NCBI RefSeq assembly: GCF_001194135.2
Contig: NC_068998.1
Span: 28,747,472 to 28,811,471 of the forward strand
Length of the DNA stretch: 64,000 nucleotides
Source: Octopus bimaculoides
Taxonomy: Eukaryota
Direction: 5' to 3'
Shown piece after piece: positions 52,581 to 64,000 of this stretch. The position numbers and the translations under genes are program-made. The notes below the pieces were generated by a model. It had not been told where the DNA came from. It did not search any database and worked only from the letters and a program-made list of their open reading frames with translations. How positions within the stretch are numbered: the first letter of the stretch is position 1; every line of letters begins with the position of its first letter.

Positions 52581-53286
52581 ATCATTCTTAATATATTCTG
52601 GTAGATTTGAAGATGAATATCTAACCATTATTGTCTTATTGTCATCAGTGAACACCTCCCCACTTTATACAATGTGTGTTTATAATTCTCATGATTCACC
52701 AGTGAAAAGAGATTTTGAAACACTAGTGTATTGACCTCATTGTGTGTCTTTTCAATGAAAGCTACCCTACTGGATTAAATACAACAGTGATCAGATATTC
52801 ACATTCAAATCTGCCAGAATGTATTAAGAATGGATAGATACATTATTGCTTGGATTCTCACTGTTCTATGTAAATTATTATCTCTTTGGGAGACATCAGC
52901 ATGCATTGGCAAATAATTTGTTTGCTGATTCCTATACATGAGAGCTTGTGCTCTTGTTAGATTCATAAGTCCAGCAAGGTAGCTTCAAATGAGAAGACAA
53001 CAACAAGATTGAAACACCATCGTGTCTCAAAGTCTCCTTAATCTGGTAAATCATGTTTGTTATGAACAAACATTGACTAAAGGGAGGTGTTCCCCATTGC
53101 TGTAAAACATGTTTGAATCTGCCAGAATGTGTTAAGAATGAATAGATAAATTGTATATATGTACGAAACGTCATACACTCTCGAAACGTCATACACTCTC
53201 TCTTTCCTTTCCTGAGCGTCCAATAATACTATCCATATCACGTCCTCACTTTGTTGTTTTTTTGTTTTTTTGTTATTGTGTTTTTG

Positions 53287-53328
<42 letters not shown>

Positions 53329-53547
53329 TAATATCGAAGGGTAATAAAAATATTAGAAATTTCTACTGCCAGTGGCCTAGCGTGTAAAAGTTTAGTCCAT
53401 AGACTATATATTTTTCTTCATATAAATACACTGTACATTTAAACACAAGAGGTATCCATCATAGGATTCCCTCATATATGTGTGTGTGTGTGTGTGTGTG
53501 TATACATACATACCTACACACACATACACACCCACACACACATATCA

Positions 53548-53780
53548 ACATCATCATCATCATCTTTGCTTAATGTCAATTTTCCATGCTGGCATGAGTT
53601 TGACAAGAGCTGGCAAGACTGGGAACCGCACCAGACTACATTGTCTGTTTTGACATGGTTTCTACTGCTGGATGCCTTTCCTAATGCCAACCACTTTACA
53701 GAGTGTACTGGGTGATTTTTAAGTACCAGCACCAGTGCTTTTTAAGTGATACCAGCACCAACAGGGTCACCAAGCACCTT
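53548..53780 (-). mobile_element. SINE-B, diverged; another copy on + at 60690-60880
   Basis: (CAT)n tail and GGATGCCTTTCCTAATGCCAACC. Confidence 0.7.
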
Positions 53781-54659
53781 GCAAGACAAAATCCCCTCAA
53801 CTGGGTGTGGGGAATAGTATTGAAGGTGGGGGGGGGGCAGTATTGAGATGATTGTAGCAAATGCTGGAGAGAAATACAGGAGAAGCTTAGAGGCAGGGAT
53901 TGCAGTAGATGTATGAGGGCATTGAGGGTGATAGCAGATAACTGAAGTCTTTACAATGGAGAACAGCACAGGAGAGAGAAAGCACAGAAAGGAAGTGATT
54001 GGTGGAGACAGTAGGCAAAAGAAGCTAATGGAAGTGGTTTTGGGTGGAGATAGACAACTGAGGAAGTTGGGGGAATGTAGTAGTATGTGCCTATTCTGCT
54101 CTCAGGTGATGGAGAAGTGATGAGTGTTAGGGGATGAAATGTGGGGACGAAAGGTTGACAGGAGAAGGAGAGGATGGATGTGGGGGTGGGGCAGACACTG
54201 TCATGGACAAGCATTGCCAAGGTGGTTTTATATGTGCATATATTATATACATATATAAGTATATATTATATACACTAGCAGAAAGACCTCTGGGCAGTTT
54301 TCCACTAGCCACTTGATAATATTTTCACATTTGATTCAAAATTCTAATAATTTTTATATTTTACGTCTAATTATTTCTTTGTATAATAGTGCTCACTTGC
54401 TTAGTAAATATTGCTTTCATTATTTCATCACAAAGATTGCTTTCATTATTTCATCATAGTCATAATCTTTCTTTTGTAAACAAACATCATGGTAGTCCAA
54501 CAACAGAGAGAGAAGCAGTTTGTCAAGTTTTACCTTCCCCTCAAAACAACATAGAGATTTCAATTCAGCAGCTCATCTGTAAACTTTGCAGTGTGTGTGT
54601 ATGAGAGAAAGGGGGGGTAGTGAAAGAACATTGCAAACAATGTATGAAATAAACATGAA

Positions 54660-55330
54660 ATGAAAAAAATCGTATAAATAAAAGGGTATTACTACAGATG
54701 TATATGCCTTATAACATCCAGAAAAATGGATACATTTTAACAAAATTTTCTACAAATACCGCTTAGATGTTGTAGCTTCAGAGTATATGGGGATTTATAG
54801 AAAATAATTTTTCAGGGGGGTGGAGAGAAGAGTTTTGGAAAATTCACACGATCTGACTTTTTTTCCTCATAACTTTCAGGAAGATGGATATCTTTTAATG
54901 AAAATTTATACAAATCCCTTTCGAACAGCATAGATTATAATTATAAGGAAATTTGTGGGGGAACATTTTTTTCAGGGATTTCCCCCATNNNNNNNNNNNN
55001 NNNNNNNNNNNNNNNNNNNNNNNNNNNNNNNNNNNNNNNNNNNNNNNNNNNNNNNNNNNNNNNNNNNNNNNNNNNNNNNNNNNNNNNNNNNNNNNNNNNN
55101 NNGAAGCCACAGCCTTCGAAATGATGGAGTTGGTCGGAGGCGGGACATCTTTGTATGAAAAAGTTTTGAAAACTCTTTTTTTTCATACCTCCTCCTTCAT
55201 CATATTTTGGCCATTTTTGTTTTGAACTCCAAAACCTTAGGAAAAGCATTTTTGGCAAAAGATTTTCAAAAATTGTTAATATTTCAGAGGGAAAAGTGAG
55301 TGATTTGGCTGTTGTTTCTAGCACATCTAA
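54660..55330. mobile_element. Probable non-autonomous DNA transposon interior
   Basis: Composition and phrasing (CATAACTTT...GGATATCTTTTAATGAAA, CTTTCGAA) typical of non-autonomous TIR elements. No ends identified. Contains a gap. Confidence 0.3.
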
Positions 55331-55822
55331 ATGCAACCTTCCTCATTTCTTTATCATTCTCACATGTACTGATTTTTTCCAATATTCTTCCCCACCCATA
55401 AATACATTTATATGCTATAAAAAAGAAAATTTGAGAAATTATGAATATTTTGCAATCCCACTCCCTGCTCCTGATTGTTTCTGTTTAGAAATTGAAATAT
55501 TGGGGGAACCTGAGAAGGTCATGGCTGGCATTTATTCTCAATGATTGAAAAAAATTTTGGAGATGTACTTCCATAGCAAGTGACTTGATCTGAGATCGTG
55601 TGCTGAAACAAAAACAATTGCAGCGTAGATGTTTGTAAGCCATTCAAGAACACATAAAAACTGTTAAGCTCCTTCATTGGAATTTCAACATCAACAACAG
55701 GGTATGTATGTATGTATGTATGTATGTATGTATGTATGTGTGTATGTGTGTATACATGGAAATTTGTATGTTTTGCTTTATATATTCTCTTTGCATATTT
55801 AGATATACTGATATATATTTAA

Positions 55823-56121
55823 ATGATAAACTTCTGGAAAGTTTTACAGGTTTTTACAGTTCCAGTGATGGATTGGATCTGTAGTCTTCAAATTAGCTTT
55901 CTCCTTTCTGCTTTTGAGAAGCCTAATTTCTCAAGATTGGTATTTAGGCAGTGTGTTACATATCTCAGGGCCTCAATAATTACAGGTATAAGCGTGAACT
56001 TGTAATCTGGATAGAGTAACTGCAGATTTCTCAATTGTTCAGCATCGGTATTCTCTTTTTCACTGATCTTCAACTTTATGTTAACATTCGCTGGGCAGTT
56101 AATTTCCACAACTGTACACAT
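55823..56121 (-). mobile_element. R4/Dong-like non-LTR retrotransposon 3' end (restriction-like endonuclease domain)
   Basis: TVVEINCPANVNIKLKISEKEN...LIPVIIEALRYV...LEKLGF*...LQIQSITGTVKTCKTF matches the C-terminal RLE pattern IEvscPxDxN..EK..Y..iPiviGalG. Confidence 0.75.
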
Positions 56122-57199
56122 ACATGTTAAGATGCATGATATTAATATATGTATATGTAATTATATATAGTTTTATGAGTGTACATACATTTATATGTAT
56201 GTACATATGTGTATTTTAGCATGTGTTTGTGGGTATGAGTGTGTATATGCATGTTCATATGTGTATGTGTTATGTATGTAGGTATGTATGTATGTATGTG
56301 TAGATAGATAAACGTATATATGTGTATACTGTAAGATTATACGTATATATGTGTGTGTATACGTGTTTATATGATTGTAAGTGCTTGNNNNNNNNNNNNN
56401 NNNNNNNNNNNNNNNNNNNNNNNNNNNNNNNNNNNNNNNNNNNNNNNNNNNNNNNNNNNNNNNNNNNNNNNNNNNNNNNNNNNNNNNNNNNNNNNNNNNN
56501 NNNNNNNNNNNNNNNNNNNNNNNNNNNNNNNNNNNNNNNNNNNNNNNNNNNNNNNNNNNNNNNNNNNNNNNNNNNNNNNNNNNNNNNNNNNNNNNNNNNN
56601 NNNNNNNNNNNNNNNNNNNNNNNNNNNNNNNNNNNNNNNNNNNNNNNNNNNNNNNNNNNNNNNNNNNNNNNNNNNNNNNNNNNNNNNNNNNNNNNNNNNN
56701 NNNNNNNNNNNNNNNNNNNNNNNNNNNNNNNNNNNNNNNNNNNNNNNNNNNNNNNNNNNNNNNNNNNNNNNNNNNNNNNNNNNNNNNNNNNNNNNNNNNN
56801 NNNNNNNNNNNNNNNNNNNNNNNNNNNNNNNNNNNNNNNNNNNNNNNNNNNNNNNNNNNNNNNNNNNNNNNNNNNNNNNNNNNNNNNNNNNNNNNNNNNN
56901 NNNNNNNNNNNNNNNNNNNNNNNNNNNNNNNNNNNNNNNNNNNNNNNNNNNNNNNNNNNNNNNNNNNNNNNNNNNNNNNNNNNNNNNNNNNNNNNNNNNN
57001 NNNNNNNNNNNNNTTGAATGAGAGATCAATTCGAGAAAGTCAAATGTTATAACCAGTAGATGGGCTGCAATTTGTCGAGAAAGGTTTGATGTTGGTATTT
57101 CAGCAACAACAATTACATGGAAAATACTGCATGATGAACAGGAAGTCAACCATGTGGTAGACAGGAATTCGGTCATGTGATTGGAGAGGAAGTAGGAAG

Positions 57200-57600
57200 G
57201 GGTGGTGTGATGTGTTTGTGTGGATGTGAAAGTATATACGTATATGTGTGTGTGTGTGGATGTACAAGTATATACGTATATGTGTGTATATGTGCTTATA
57301 TGTCTATGTGTGTGTGTGTGTCTGTATTTATGTGTGAGTGTGGATGTGTGCATAGGTGTACATACACATATGCACATACAACATATATATATATATATAT
57401 ATACGCACACACACATATACGCACACATACACATATATGCATAAATACACACATACACACACATACATATACGTATATATAAGTGTGTGTGTGTATACAA
57501 GCACACACACAGGGTGCACTTCCACATCCATGTGTGTGTGTGTGTGTGTGTGCGTGCATATGTATGTGTGTGTGCACGTGTATATATACTTGTGAGGGTA
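57200..57600. repeat. Long compound (CA)/(TA)/(TATG) microsatellite; many similar tracts occur across the window
   Basis: Seen directly. Confidence 0.95.
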
Positions 57601-57795
57601 TGTACAAGGAGTGAGAGTATGTGAGAAGGCAGGCATGAACAAGCACTGGGGATTGGTTATTCGCAGTCCTGCTCATGGTTGTTGACAGTGATCTTGGTGT
57701 AAGTGGTGCAGGTGGTATATCTGGGTTGTAGGGTCCAGTGGCTTGAAATTTACCACTAGGGCATACCCCTGGTGGCAGCAATAGGATAGATTGTA

Positions 57796-58200
57796 CTTCT
57801 CTTTTACTTGTTTCAGTCATTTGACTGTGGCCATGTTGGGGCACCCCCTTTAGTCGAGCAAATAAACCCCAGTACTTATTCTTTGTAAGCCTAGTACTTA
57901 TTCTATCGGTCCCTTTTACCGAACCGCTAAGTTATGGGGACATAAACACACCAACGTCGGTTGTCAAGCGATGTTGGGTGGGACAAACAGACACAGAAAC
58001 ATATACACACACATACATATACATATATATACATATACAATGGGCTTCTTCCAGTTTCCATCTACCAAATCCACTCACAAGGCTTTGGTCAGCCCGAAGC
58101 TATAGTAGAAGACACTTGTCCAAGATACCTCGCAATGGGACTGAACCCCGGACCATGTGGTTGGTAAGCAAGTTACTTACCACACAGTCACTCCTGCGCC
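57796..58200 (-). mobile_element. SINE family A, full-length
   Basis: High identity to 37804-38250. Confidence 0.9.
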
Positions 58201-58719
58201 TATATATATATATATATNNNNNNNNNNNNNNNNNNNNNNNNNNNNNNNNNNNNNNNNNNNNNNNNNNNNNNNNNNNNNNNNNNNNNNNNNNNNNNNNNNN
58301 NNNNNNNNNNNNNNNNNNNNNNNNNNNNNNNNNNNNNNNNNNNNNNNNNNNNNNNNNNNNNNNNNNNNNNNNNNNNNNNNNNNNNNNNNNNNNNNNNNNN
58401 NNNNNNNNNNNNNNNNNNNNNNNNNNNNNNNNNNNNNNNNNNNNNNNNNNNNNNNNNNNNNNNNNNNNNNNNNNNNNNNNNNNNNNNNNNNNNNNNNNNN
58501 NNNNNNNNNNNNNNNNNNNNNNNNNNNNNNNNNNNNNNNNNNNNNNNNNNNNNNNNNNNNNNNNNNNNNNNNNNNNNNNNNNNNNNNNNNNNNNNNNNNN
58601 NNNNNNNNNNNNNNNNNNNNNNNNNNNNNNNNNNNNNNNNNNNNNNNNNNNNNNNNNNNNNNNNNNNNNNNNNNNNNNNNNNNNNNNNNNNNNNNNNNNN
58701 NNNNNNNNNNNNNNNNNNN

Positions 58720-58764
<45 letters not shown>

Positions 58765-60964
58765 TATATATATATATATATATACACATCATGTTACATA
58801 TTTATCATATCATACCTCGATGCTGTGTGGACTACAATCCCCGACAGGCCGCTGGTATTTATAGTGTTAAACATTTTCGGTATGCAAATTAGGGACCCCT
58901 TCAAAGAGTAACTGCTGCATTTGTTGAGTATATAAACAGTTTGGTTACATGTTTCTCTGGAGACTGTCAGAATGATGTAGATGCCTCTAATGAGAACCCA
59001 ACAAGGTTTGAAAATCAATTTATATATGCACACACACATACACATACATACATACATATACACACACTCACACATAGATAAGTTTGTGTGAGTGTGTGCA
59101 CACGATGTATATATACATGTATGTATATATATGTATACAAATATATATATATATATATATACAGTAAATCCAATATAAATTATAGATCTGACTCAAGGTT
59201 GATTCCAGGTATGGCATAGGTATCAAAGAACACAAATGTGGTTTAAAATTTATTACAACTGTTTCAGTAGCAAGCTCAGATAACATTTTAAACATGCGTA
59301 AACAGGCAAGGTAAAACCTAGAAGATGATCTATTCACCAACTAACTTCCTTGCAACACCTGAACTAGTTTTGTGCCAGACATTTGTTGACAATTCCTAGG
59401 CCTTCCACATCATTAATTTTTTTTTTTTTTTGCTGCTAGATAGTGTAAAATGGCTCTAATTACAATGTTTTCACCATTTATTATCAGATTTGTAAAATAA
59501 AGGATAAACAATTAATTTTCATATCTTATGTATGAAAATAAAGAATAAACAAGTTGTATCAAATTAATGATACCATATCATGATGCGTGTTACCAAAAAT
59601 CATCAGTGAAAATCTGAAAAGAATTTTGACTCAACCTGATGCACATATATACATTCACACGCATGCGCATACACACATACGCACATGTGTGCACACACTC
59701 ACACACACACACAAACTTATTTATGTGTGAGTGTGTGTATATGTATGTATGTGTGTGTGTGTATTTATTTGTCTCTTCTAAACACCATAGATGCTAGTGA
59801 GATGCATTTTTCATGTCTTCTGATCTATTTGGTTCTGTACTGCTAAGAAACATAAATTCTGTGATGTATTCTATTCCAGAATCATCCAATATGATACTTT
59901 CTTTGCTAAGTGATAGCAACTTGCTGCACATCACACCATTTATTTTCATGACCCATTTTTATATTTATTTGTTTAGTGGATATTTTCAATTTGTTAAAGA
60001 TTGTGAATATTAAGCTTAACATATCAAATATCTTTGTAGAGCACATCAATGAACACCAAACTTTTATGAGCCAAGACTTTCAGTTTCTTTAATGATGCAT
60101 TTTAGAAGCTTATTGGGAATGGTGGGTGAGAGTAGGCATCCTAGTCTCAAATCATGCATACTTTTTGATATGTATATATGTGTGTATGTCAAGGTAGGTG
60201 AAAGTATTTAATTCACTGTACATTAAAAAGTAAAGTAAGAATGAATATGATGTGGGTGAAAAATATCAGTTGAAGTTTAATATTATTTTTCCATTTTATT
60301 GACTAGCTATCTTAGTTTCAAATTTGAGCACAAGGCCAGCAACTTCAGAGATGGGTGTAAGTTGATAACATTGACTTCAGTGCTCAACTGGTACTTATTT
60401 TATCAACCCTGAAAGAACGAAAGGAAAAGTTGACCTTGGAGGAATTTAAACTCTTACTCTGAAGATGGACGAAATCCCACTAAGCATTTTTCCCAATATG
60501 CTAATGGTTTTGCCAGTTTCAAAGTTATACTGAAATAAAATGACTACTTGTTAAGTACTTCATTGAGAAGTACAGCTGGTGGCATTCACATCTTTGAGAA
60601 AAGAAATTGTAGAGACTAGTGAGCCAATTCTAGATTAAAGCATAAAATCTCAACATTTTTTCTAACAGTCTGCTGCCCACTACCATGCCAGTGCTACATA
60701 AAAGAGCATCAGTGTCAGTGCCATGTAAAATACACAGTGCACTCTGTAAAGTAGTTGGTGTTAGAAAGGACATCCAGCTGTAGAAACCAAGTCAAAACAA
60801 ATGCCTGGAGCCCGGTGCAGCTGTTTAGCTTGCCAGATCCAACCTCTGCCAGCATGGAAAACACACATTAACTGATGATGATATATATATGTGTGTATGT
60901 GTGTGTGTATGCATGTGTGTGTGTGTGTGTATACACACACATATGCATAGATATGTGTGTGTGT

Positions 60965-61011
<47 letters not shown>

Positions 61012-61134
61012 TATATATATGTACACAGAGTGCAGTGAATATATTGTCATCTAAATTACACAAAAATGAAAATAACACTGACATCTCATTTTAACAGATA
61101 TATTTACCAAAATTACATAAAAATATGTAAATTT

Positions 61135-61452
61135 ATTCAATAAAATAACCATTGGCTTCAACTGCAGCCTCCAGACCACTTCAGAATATCCTGCAACTCC
61201 TCTGGATGGTCTCCTTGTTTAAATTGGTGGATGCTGCCATAATCCTTGCCTTCAGTTCATCTTTGGTGTTACAAAGAGTTTTGTTGGTCTCTCACTCAAC
61301 TGCGACCCACACAAGGGGGTTGCAGTCTGGGGGAGTTAGGTGACCAGATATTATGGCTGATATGGTCGTAGAAATTGTCTGACAATCACGACTTTTGCTT
61401 GTATGGCATTGTGCAGAATACTGTTGCCAGACATAAGGTCTTCCAGTAGCCC
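61135..61452 (-). mobile_element. maT/DD37D-like (Tc1/mariner) transposase C-terminal remnant
   Basis: Frameshifted remnants match WQQDSAPCH, WPPNSPDCNP and TKDELKARIMAAFTNLNKET. Confidence 0.7.
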
Positions 61453-61461
61453 CACTAATTA

Positions 61462-61494
<33 letters not shown>

Positions 61495-62125
61495 TTTTAT
61501 TCTTTTATTTGTTTGAGTCATTTAACTGTGGCCAAGCTGGAGCACCACCTTGAAGGTTTTTTGTCAAACAAATTGACCCCAGTACTTAGTTTTCAAGCCT
61601 AGTACTTATTCTATCAATCTCTTTTGCTGAACTGCTAATTTACAGGGATGTAAACACACCAACACCAGTTGTCAAGTAGTGATGGGGGAACAAACAAAGA
61701 CACACCCACATATGCAGACATATAAATACATACATACATTCCTCACCCTCTCTTACTATCCTATATATCTCTCTCTCCACCCCTACACACTCAATAAACT
61801 ATATAAAGAGACCCCACCACAAGGTTGGCTCAAAACAATTTGACAATCCTACATGATTAGGTGAAAAGCGCTTTATTTAATTTATAAAACATGTGACATT
61901 AATAAAAATCTGTAAATGTACAAACATCCAGATTTCTGAGTACCTTAATTTTTTTCTATATATGTATGTATGTATGCTTCTTACAGTTTCTGTCTACCAA
62001 ATCTTCTCACAAGGCTTTGGTCAGCCTGAGGCTATAGTAGAGCACACTTGCCCAAGGTGCCATGCAGTGGGACTGAACCCTAAACCATGTGGTTGGGAAG
62101 TAAGATTCTTATCACACAACCACAC
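61495..62125 (-). mobile_element. SINE-A tail (61495-61720) and head (61975-62125)
   Basis: Homology to 37804-38250. Confidence 0.75.
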
Positions 62126-62157
62126 CTACACCTATATATGTATGTGTGTATATATAC

Positions 62158-62208
<51 letters not shown>

Positions 62209-62873
62209 NNNNNNNNNNNNNNNNNNNNNNNNNNNNNNNNNNNNNNNNNNNNNNNNNNNNNNNNNNNNNNNNNNNNNNNNNNNNNNNNNNNNNNNNNNNN
62301 NNNNNNNNNNNNNNNNNNNNNNNNNNNNNNNNNNNNNNNNNNNNNNNNNNNNNNNNNNNNNNNNNNNNNNNNNNNNNNNNNNNNNNNNNNNNNNNNNNNN
62401 NNNNNNNNNNNNNNNNNNNNNNNNNNNNNNNNNNNNNNNNNNNNNNNNNNNNNNNNNNNNNNNNNNNNNNNNNNNNNNNNNNNNNNNNNNNNNNNNNNNN
62501 NNNNNNNNNNNNNNNNNNNNNNNNNNNNNNNNNNNNNNNNNNNNNNNNNNNNNNNNNNNNNNNNNNNNNNNNNNNNNNNNNNNNNNNNNNNNNNNNNNNN
62601 NNNNNNNNNNNNNNNNNNNNNNNNNNNNNNNNNNNNNNNNNNNNNNNNNNNNNNNNNNNNNNNNNNNNNNNNNNNNNNNNNNNNNNNNNNNNNNNNNNNN
62701 NNNNNNNNNNNNNNNNNNNNNNNNNNNNNNNNNNNNNNNNNNNNNNNNNNNNNNNNNNNNNNNNNNNNNNNNNNNNNNNNNNNNNNNNNNNNNNNNNNNN
62801 NNNNNNNNNNNNNNNNNNNNNNNNNNNNNNNNNNNNNNNNNNNNNNNNNNNNNNNNNNNNNNNNNNNNNNNNN

Positions 62874-63975
62874 ATCTCTCTCAATTTCTCGAGTCTCTCT
62901 CTATCTATGACTATTCCTTTAGTGTTTTCCGGGTGTTTTCCTGGTGGCAGCTTTACTCTTATTACTGATTTATATTTTACAATCTTTTTCTCTATTTCTC
63001 TACTTTTGGTATACGTGATTAAATGTCACTTGTATCTCTTCTTTTTCACTTCTGCTTGCTTCGGCTCCTGTCCTGATCTGTCCGGGCGTGCAGAAACATT
63101 CATAACCAATTTTATAAACGCTTCCTCTTTCTACCTGTTGCTATGCTGTTTTTTCTGTGTGCCTTCTTTCACTACTACTTCTGTTGGTGTTTCGCACCTA
63201 TTTCTCTTTTCTTCCATCACAATCTCTTTTAGCCTTTTTTGACTGTCTGGGGGAGAATTCACCTGTTCCTTTCTCTTCCTCATGTTTACTTCTATGAAGG
63301 GTTCCTTCACTCTATCTGTCTCTTTTATTGGTACTACCTCTTCGGTATTGTTTTCTTCACTTTTCTTCTCCTCTTCATTTTCCTTCTCGGGACATCTTGC
63401 TTTCATGTGCCCTTTTTTACTGCATAGGCAGCAGGTTGGTGGTCTTCATTCTACTGTTATTCGAAGTCTGGTGTCTTCCGGGAGTACTTTTTCCTCCGCT
63501 ACACTATGCAAGTCCTCCAAAGACAACTGCATGGTCACTTTGAGGCCATATCCCCACCAATTGACCTTTTGGGTCCTCGTTATCTTGAGGATTTCCACCC
63601 CCTCCTTTATATCGTGTGTTATGATTACCACCAGCCATTCTTCCTTAATTTTGGGGGGCACTCTTCCAACTCTCACTCTGGCAACGCATTTGCCACAGTA
63701 CGTCGGGAGTAGTATCCATTTCATTGTTCGTAACGGGTTCATGGAGTGGTTTATGGCATCTTCTTCATTGCCAAACCTTACTTCCACTGTGCCATACTTT
63801 CTTCCATGTGTATAGAATGTGGTCAATTTTTTAACTTTTTCGAGGCATTCCTCTATTTCTTCTGTTGGGGTAAACTCTGTCTTGCTCGAGAACATAGACA
63901 ACGTTCTGTATACTACTGTCCTCTTCGCAATGTTATTCATCAGCTCTTCTGGGAGAGTCAGCTTTAGACTGGCTC
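62874..63975 (-). mobile_element. LINE ORF1-like gag (RRM-like region plus CCHC knuckle); no ORF2 visible
   Basis: ORF 63940-63446 continues past one TGA into RPPTCCLCSKKGHMKARC (CX2CX4HX4C) and a charged tail. (GA)n at the 5' side and GAGAGAGA at the 3' side. Confidence 0.75.
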
Positions 63976-64000
63976 CCTCCTCTCTCTCTCTCTCTCTCTC

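Noticed and set aside
57177-57844. HT/CV/YI-repeat ORFs here and elsewhere
   Set aside because: They are translations of (CA)n/(TA)n microsatellites.
12050-63242. Long ORFs in the track that are full of X
   Set aside because: They run through N gaps (12121-13028, 13955-14422, 24186-24410, 43118-43690, 52098-52308, 54989-55102, 56388-57014, 58218-58719, 62209-62873) and are artefacts.

Overview
AT-rich, repeat-dense eukaryotic draft sequence with ten N-gaps, mostly bordered by (TA)n/(CA)n microsatellites. The SINE/LINE families and gap pattern look like a coleoid cephalopod, probably Octopus (inference). There are no bacterial-type features: no CRISPR, rRNA, intact tRNA or operons. Mobile DNA dominates. 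It includes decayed Chapaev3-like, mariner, Tc1 (x2), maT-like and hAT DNA transposons; four MITEs (three with readable 8-bp TSDs); RTE, RTE-X, R4/Dong-like and ORF1-only LINE remnants; a compact Gypsy element with two LTRs; a Penelope-like element with pLTR, intron and GIY-YIG, interrupted by a solo LTR; and at least four SINE families. Between the repeats I find a phase-compatible chain of small plus-strand exons (about 17.2-49.1 kb) that the ORF track mostly misses. It appears to encode a protein with two highly divergent F5/8 type C (discoidin)-like domains; this reconstruction is by eye and unverified. Most notable oddities: the discoidin-like gene with a polybasic loop, a duplicated exon-like 111-bp unit, a Merlin-like MITE with a two-way telomeric palindrome, a SINE with an expanded 62-bp hairpin minisatellite, and an RTE with a 5' inversion.
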